Origin: Callorhinchus milii
Lineage: Eukaryota
Direction: 5' to 3'
Assembly: GCF_018977255.1 (NCBI RefSeq)
Contig: NW_024704769.1
Span: 3,782,001 to 3,846,000, forward strand
DNA: 64,000 nucleotides
The notes under the pieces: generated by a model
The model's input: the letters and a program-made list of their open reading frames with translations, nothing else
Databases searched by the model: none
What the model was told of the DNA's origin: nothing
Position numbers and translations under genes: made by a program
In this document: positions 57,601 through 64,000 of the stretch, one piece after another
Position numbering within the stretch: position 1 is the first letter of the stretch
Layout: each line of letters begins with the position of its first letter

Positions 57601-60600
57601 TAAACCTAAATAGTTCAAGGTTACTCTAAAGGTCTTGTGCTCAGATTTCTGTGTGTCTACTTATTCTGCCCTTGGATGTTAACTCCTTCAACGAACATCT
57701 GGTTAGAAATTGGAGTGAGGATTTTAGTGCTGGATTATAGACTGTTGGCAATGGAATGTCAAATTCAGTCAACCCTCTGTTGAGGTCTCCTTAGCCAGGA
57801 AAGTCCACATCACTCCAGGGCACTGTTGATAACGCATGTACATTATTAGATTGACTGATGACTGCAACTGGACACCCAGGTGACAAAAAAATCTTTAAAA
57901 AAATTCAAACATCTATCTCAACCCGTCATATAAGAGTGTGCGGGCTCTGGCTCAATATGGGTTTGTGTGTGCTTGTTACGGTTGCAAAGAATAAAGTGTC
58001 TGCCTGTCTGTGTCTGTGTTTTCAGACTCCCATGAAGAAGACTCAGGCATTAATTGGGAATGAAGGAGCTACGTTTACCAATGCAGTGAGTATCTTATCA
58101 GAATTGGGCACCTTATTCAGTTTCAGGCCTTGGCTGCTCACTCCACTGTTTGCCTCTCAAAGTTGTGGCTTGAGTCATGAGATTGTTCCTACTGAGAGAC
58201 TCTTGAGATCCATAGATAATCAGGCAAAGGTTCTTCAATCAGCAAGCGCAACAGACTGGAAATTGAATGTACTTCTGATTGAAGGCCCAGATCACGACAC
58301 ACAGTTGCTCTCATGTCACTGGTGCTTCCATGGGAACATAAGAATTTGTTAGACAAAAGAAGACCAAGGTCCATCTAGTTCACCTTCCACCGTCTTGACA
58401 GTCGCTTGCACATGTCGTGTCCCAAACTATATCCTTTACTGCCCTGAGGTCTGCTAGCAATGTAGAGGCACTGTGCTTTGTGTGAGCTCTGGGTTGCAAT
58501 GTCCGTGCCTGTTTCCCATTTAACACTGACTGTGTTCTCTCTCTTGCAGTTCACAGCCACCCCACTGTGCTGTCCCAGTCGCAGTAGCATCCTAACCGGA
58601 CAATATCCTCACAACCATCTGGTGCGTAACAACTCGGTGACTGGGAACTGCAGCAGCTTGCAGTGGCAGAGGGCGATGGAACCTCAGGCTTTCTCCGTCT
58701 ACCTTAAGAAGCGAGGATACCAAACCTTCTACGCAGGCAAATACCTCAACAAGGTAACTGGTGCCAACAGACTACTGAGCTTTCAGGCTGTGATCCAGTT
58801 TGGGGATAACATTAATCCTTGCATTTGACACAGCACCTGATCACTCCGTCGAGACATCTCACAGCGCTTCACACAACATACTGTAAAGTGATTTTTTTCC
58901 TTTTTTAACTGTGTTTTGTAAGTGAAACGCAGCAGCCAGTTGAGCACAGCAACATCCCACAAACAACCATGGAGTGAGCGACCAATTTTATTTGGGGGAT
59001 TGTTGGCCAGACACCGGGGGGGGGGGGGGGAGGGGGGGGTGTGGTGGAGAGAGAGAAACTCCCTTCTCTATTCAAATAGCGCCATGGGATCTTTTAACCT
59101 CAGTTTAACCTCTCACCCAAAGGACGAAAGGGAACAAGTCACAACTTCTCCTTATAGTTGAGCCGTAAATGGTGCCATGACAGTGTGACTCTTTGACACT
59201 GCGTAGTTCTGGGATAATGCTTTGGCTCCTGATATGAAAGGAGGTTAGTCTGAGTTAGGCAATGTTGAGATACTGGGATATCCAGGACCAGGTGAACACG
59301 ATACTCTACACGAGTGTGGCACGTCATTGCTGTATCTCGGTGCCTCTGCCCAAACATTGCTGTGGGTGTAGTGGCCGTTCACCCTCAGCACAGTTAAGTG
59401 TATTTGGTGCTGAGGTTGTTGATTGAATCCTGGAGTGGAAGTTGCTGATTCCAAGTCCTGCTGCACTCACTAACTATAACAGCATCAGTGAAGGACAGAG
59501 AAAGAAGGCCATTCGGATGTTTGTGGCAATGAACACTGCAAGCAGATTGCACAATCCCGGTTTACAGATACTGCTGTTGGCCTTGTCCATATTAGACTCC
59601 TGTGCTGTTGTATCTGTCTAACCCTCTGGGTAAGACATTAAACCAAGAGCCTGTCTGCTGTTTGGATGAATGTTAAAGATCCCACAGCACAATTCGAAAA
59701 GAGAAGGGAGTTTCTCCTGGTGTCCTGGCTAACAGATGAAACTGACTGGTGTTTGTTTCTAGGACATTTCAGGGAGTAGAACTAGTTGGGATAAGAGCGG
59801 GGGAGTGGGACTAGTTGGATAGCTCTTTCAAAAAACTAGCACAGCCACGATAGGCTGAATGGCCTCCTTCTGTGGTGTAAGACTCTATGATAAATTGGCT
59901 GATGCAGGCGCCAAGTCTTTGCTCTGTAACATTCAGAAAGGTTAAGTGGTTGTGTGGCTTATCTTAGTCTTTTTCTCTCTGACAGTACGGACATCCCTCT
60001 GTGGGTGGCACAGCCCATGTCCCACTGGGCTGGGATCATTGGCATGGACTGGTAAGTGACCTATTGATAGTTCTCAGTCTCGTCAAGCTGATATGTCGGT
60101 GCAGGTCAGACACATGGATGGTTTGGTCACTCTGAAGCACGGTGCTGGGTTTCCGTTTGGGTCAGACACCCTGTCGTGTGCAATGCAGGGTCTCTGTAAC
60201 CTCTTCCAATACCTTTCTTTGGATTGAACTTCCTGTAGTTAACTGTCAATCCCGAGTGTTATGTTATGTCCATTGCTCACTAGCTGTGGTGATACACACG
60301 ACAAGCAGACTGCACAAGCCTGGTTTACAGATGCTGCTGTTGGCCTTGCTCATGTGTGAGAGAGACTCCTTGCAGAGGGCTGCGATGTTTTATCTGTTGT
60401 ACGTAACTAACGCTCAAAAGCAGTGTTAGGGGTGCACTGTGTTGTCAGAGGCCCTGCCCTTCGGGTAAGGCGTTAGAGGGAGGGATACACGTCTGCTTTC
60501 TGACGTATGGGTACCATTCAGCTCCAACACAATGAACAATGGTTTTCTGTACAAAACACCTGAAGTGACGTCTTCCATCCTCAGGTGGGAAACTCCAGGT

Positions 60601-63600
60601 ATTATAACTACACTCTGTCTGTGAACGGGAAGCAGGAAAACCACGGAGATGCCTATGAAAAGGACTACTTGACCGATCTCATAGTAAGTCTTGAGTCATC
60701 TTATTGCTGGAGTTTCTGTTCAGTTGTGGAGGAGGCGGGGAGCGGATTCCAGACCGTAACAATGCTGTGGGTTTTAAAAAAAAACATCTCCTCATCTCTG
60801 CTCTTTTTTTGCCAATTATTTTGAATCTGTGTCCTCTGGTTACCGACTTCCAAAGGAAACTGTTTCTCCCCATTTTATCTATCAAAACCCCTGATAATTG
60901 TGAATACTGCTATTACATCCCCCCTCAACCTTCTCTGCTGTAAGGAGAACAATCCCAGCCTCTGGTCTCGTCTCTCCACATAATTGAAGTCCCTCATCGC
61001 TGGTATCATTCTGGTAAAGTTAATTCTTTTTACTCATGTACTGAGAGTACAAAGATGGACGAGGGTGATTTTAGGTCCCCTTTCCCTGATGTTAGGTCTG
61101 TTGAGTTTTGTTCTTCATGTAAAGGACCAGCTTGTCGCTGTGATGGATGAGATCAATCTTGTTCCAGGCGAACCGTTCGGTGGATTTCCTGGAAACACGG
61201 CGTCGCTCTGCTCCTTTCTTCATGATGTTGTCCACTCCAGCCTGCCACTCTCCCTGGACAGCGGCCCCACATTACAGCAAGTCCTACAGCACGACCAAAG
61301 CTCCTCGTCACGGCAGCTTCAATCTTCACGCTAAGGTGAGTGCGCTGGAAGCTAACAACCAGATTAAGAACTAGTTCGGTTCCTCTCGCTTGTGAGGAGA
61401 GTGCACTGACCACTACACCACAGGGCTCCAGCACTACCCCAATAATAATAACCCTTCCATTTGATATAGCGCCTTATCATGCCCTCAAGGTGTCAAAGCG
61501 CTTCACAGAATAGATTGTAAAGTGTAGTGACTGTATGTTTTGTAGGTGAATTGCGCACAGCGGTGTCCCACAAACAGCCGTGGATTGAGTGACCAAATTC
61601 TTGTTGTGGGCGAAACGCTTTTTAAGGTAGAAAATAAACCTCCTTCCATTTGATACAGTGCCTTTCACATTGGAAGGACGTGTCAATTGTGTACACGGCA
61701 AAGCCAGGCAGATCTGGTACAATAAGTCATGCGATTACAGTCATTTGTATGATGTAAATCACAGATATTTCTTGTGTAAAGGCTCCCTCTCGTGGTTGGG
61801 AAGGGCCAGTGCTCACTCACTTCTCGGCCGTTTGTGGGACGTTGGCTTTTTTCATGTGCTTTGAAATGTCTCAATAACAAAGCGCTATCTCAAACCAAGG
61901 ATTATTATTGTATATAAAGGTTTAAGAATTTGTGTTCAACTTTTAAAATGCCTCCAGGGGTAAATAAACAGCTTTTTCCCTTTCCATATTTATTTTCTGG
62001 TCTGGGTTAAGATTTAAATATAAGGGTTTAATGTCTTTAACTACAGGATAAACACTGGCTGCTACGGCAAGCTAAAACCCCGATGAAGAACACTTCCATC
62101 CAATTCCTGGACAATGTCTTTAGAAACAGGTAACACAGCTTTTGTCTTTTGAAATCAGAATCCATCTGTAAATGAGTTGTTTTTCTTTTCTGTGTTGAAT
62201 TAAAACCCGAAGTGGTTTGTTTGTAAATGGAACGCGCAAAGCTCCTTTGTTTAAATGTGCGGCCACATTAATTAGCCACGAGTGGCAATGCGTTTCAAAC
62301 CTGATAATTAGCTCAAAGCGCTTCCCAGGATTTCCTGCAAAGTGTAGCGTCTGTACGTGAAGGCCAATCCATATATAGTTTTATAAAACATAACAATTAA
62401 TAATCCTTGTATTCAGTACAGTGCCTTATTACGTCTTCAAAACATCGCAAAGGGCTTCACAGGATGTATTGTAAAGAGTAGTGACTGTGTTGTGAGTATT
62501 ATATGCGGTTATCTCCTTTTTATGCTTCAAATAAAATCTTGTTGTTTCACCCAGTTAAGTAGTGGAGAGATGTGACCTGTGTGTATCAGTGAGGATCTCA
62601 AACAAGCGGGTACCATATAACAGACAACCATTACACCTCTGATCCTGTGTCTCTCACACTCCCACCTTCTCTAATCCCTGTAGGTGGCGAACACTGCTGT
62701 CTGTGGATGATTTGGTGGAGAAGGTCATCAATAAACTGCAGCAAGTGGGGGAGCTGAATAACACCTACATCTTCTATACCTCTGACCACGGCTATCACAC
62801 AGGTCAGTGTTTGGGTCTGCTTCTGCTTCTCTGCTTTGAGCAGACTCCCAGCGTGGTGTGTGGTGAATGATTCGCAGTGATAGATATTGTGGAAGGGTCA
62901 TTGAATCTTGGGAGTGTTTGTCCATTAAAGGTTACCATTGATAAGATAATTGATTGTATAGGATCAGGAAGCATTTCTTCACTCAGGGAGAGATGTGAGG
63001 ATGTGGGACATCATGTGCAGAATGCTGTAGATTCGATGGGGATGTTTAAACGAGAGAGAGAAAGAGATATTTGGGTGGCAGAGATGTCAAGGGGAATGGT
63101 GAAAGGACGGGCATTGGGATAAAAAGATCTGCCAACATCTGATTAAACTGGTACTGGCTGAATGGCCTGTTCCTGTTCTCCTCTGTTCCTCATCCCTGCT
63201 GGCAATCCTCTGTCCACAGGCCAGTTCTCGCTCCCCATTGATAAGCGACAACTGTATGAATTTGATATCCGTGTCCCCCTGCTCGTACGAGGGCCGAACA
63301 TCAAACCGAAGCAGACTATAACGGTACGTAATAAAAACACAAGTCGCTGGGAACACTCAGCAGGTCAGAATCTTGAATGAGACGTCAACTGTGTTTCGAG
63401 GTGTGAATTCACAGCGTTGCTAATTGTTGCGCTCTCTGATCTCCAGGCACCTATACTGAATATCGACCTGGCTCCCACCTTCCTGAATATCGCTGGCTAT
63501 GATGTACTGGGAACCAATATGGATGGCACCTCATTCCTCCCTCTCTTGGTAGGTGTGTGATATGGTGTAATGGTACCCTTAGTGCAAGTGGGGTCTTCTT

Positions 63601-63854
63601 GGAACTGAACTGGCACCAAGGTGACGTCTAGAGTGGTCCTAGCTGGACGAGCAGTCTGAAGCTTGCCAGACAGTGCTCTTGATGACAAGCTATGTCGTTT
63701 AGCTGGTGTGGAAAATTGCTGAATGGTGTTTTCTGTTCTTCAGAATTCATCGCACGGTAAAATTCGCTGGCGTTCTGACTTCCTGATTGAATACACTGGG
63801 GAAGGCAGTGAAGACAAGGACCCTAAGTGCCCTAATGTGGGACCTGGCATGTCT
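54604..63854 (+). CDS. GNS-like: N-acetylglucosamine-6-sulfatase-like, exons 1-11 (continues beyond window)
   Basis: Exons 54604-54723, 58026-58085, 58550-58753, 59986-60051, 60585-60683, 61168-61335, 62047-62129, 62684-62802, 63220-63323, 63447-63548, 63744-63854 in frame. Signal peptide, [11 protein letters not shown], formylglycine motif [69 protein letters not shown]. Confidence 0.93.
55475..55678. mobile_element. Palindromic MITE-like relic with inverted arms of about 74 bp
   Basis: 55521-55548 and 55605-55632 are 26/28 reverse complements. Homology extends more weakly to 55475 and 55678, around a 56-bp AT-rich spacer. Confidence 0.6.
56340..57200 (-). mobile_element. Highly degenerate non-LTR retrotransposon fragment (possible endonuclease region, Ingi/Vingi-like)
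   Basis: Minus-strand translation PLNILQL... resembles an APE endonuclease N-terminus. Interrupted and frameshifted. Confidence 0.35.
59135..59440 (-). mobile_element. Degenerate Ingi/Vingi-like LINE fragment (post-RT region)
   Basis: Frameshifted minus-strand translation ..[17 protein letters not shown].. and ..PWI..(V)LNIA..LR resembles the recalled EYC.PVW.RS.H...D...MRII.G..LPVLSNIAPP.LRR motif. Confidence 0.45.
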
Positions 63855-64000
63855 GTAAGTAATGCCACTTTGGCTCACTAATACACAGTCCCTCCACTTC
63901 ACAGTAAGTCCTGTGAAGAGCTTTGGGACGTCATCCTGACGTGAAAGGCACTACAGCAAACACAAGGATTATATATGGTTAGTATTATTATGAACAAAGT

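Overview
Eukaryotic, intron-rich vertebrate genomic window. The SINE2/DeuSINE, L2, CR1 and LF-SINE content suggests a cartilaginous fish, probably a holocephalan such as Callorhinchus; this is inference. All gene models were built by hand from splice signals and reading-frame continuity. Six multi-exon protein-coding genes are present: the 3' half of a CCAR2/DBC1-like gene retaining a SAP domain (+, 201-8999); a complete, divergent DAPP1/Bam32-like SH2-PH adaptor (-, 10873-14690); histone H2A.Z.2 (+, 19504-27187); an HS3ST1-like heparan sulfate 3-O-sulfotransferase (-, 29967-31370); DNA polymerase mu with TdT-like features (-, 46365-52742); and the first 11 exons of a GNS-like sulfatase (+, 54604-63854, running off the window). 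A CpG island at about 18.3-20.7 kb looks bidirectional and may drive an unannotated spliced transcript carrying a uORF and a 39-aa hydrophobic micro-ORF. Introns and intergenic DNA are densely filled with two SINE families, L2 and CR1 3' fragments and tandem repeats. Most short ORFs in the supplied track are repeat-derived. Comparisons to human proteins are from recall, not database searches, and repeat boundaries are approximate.
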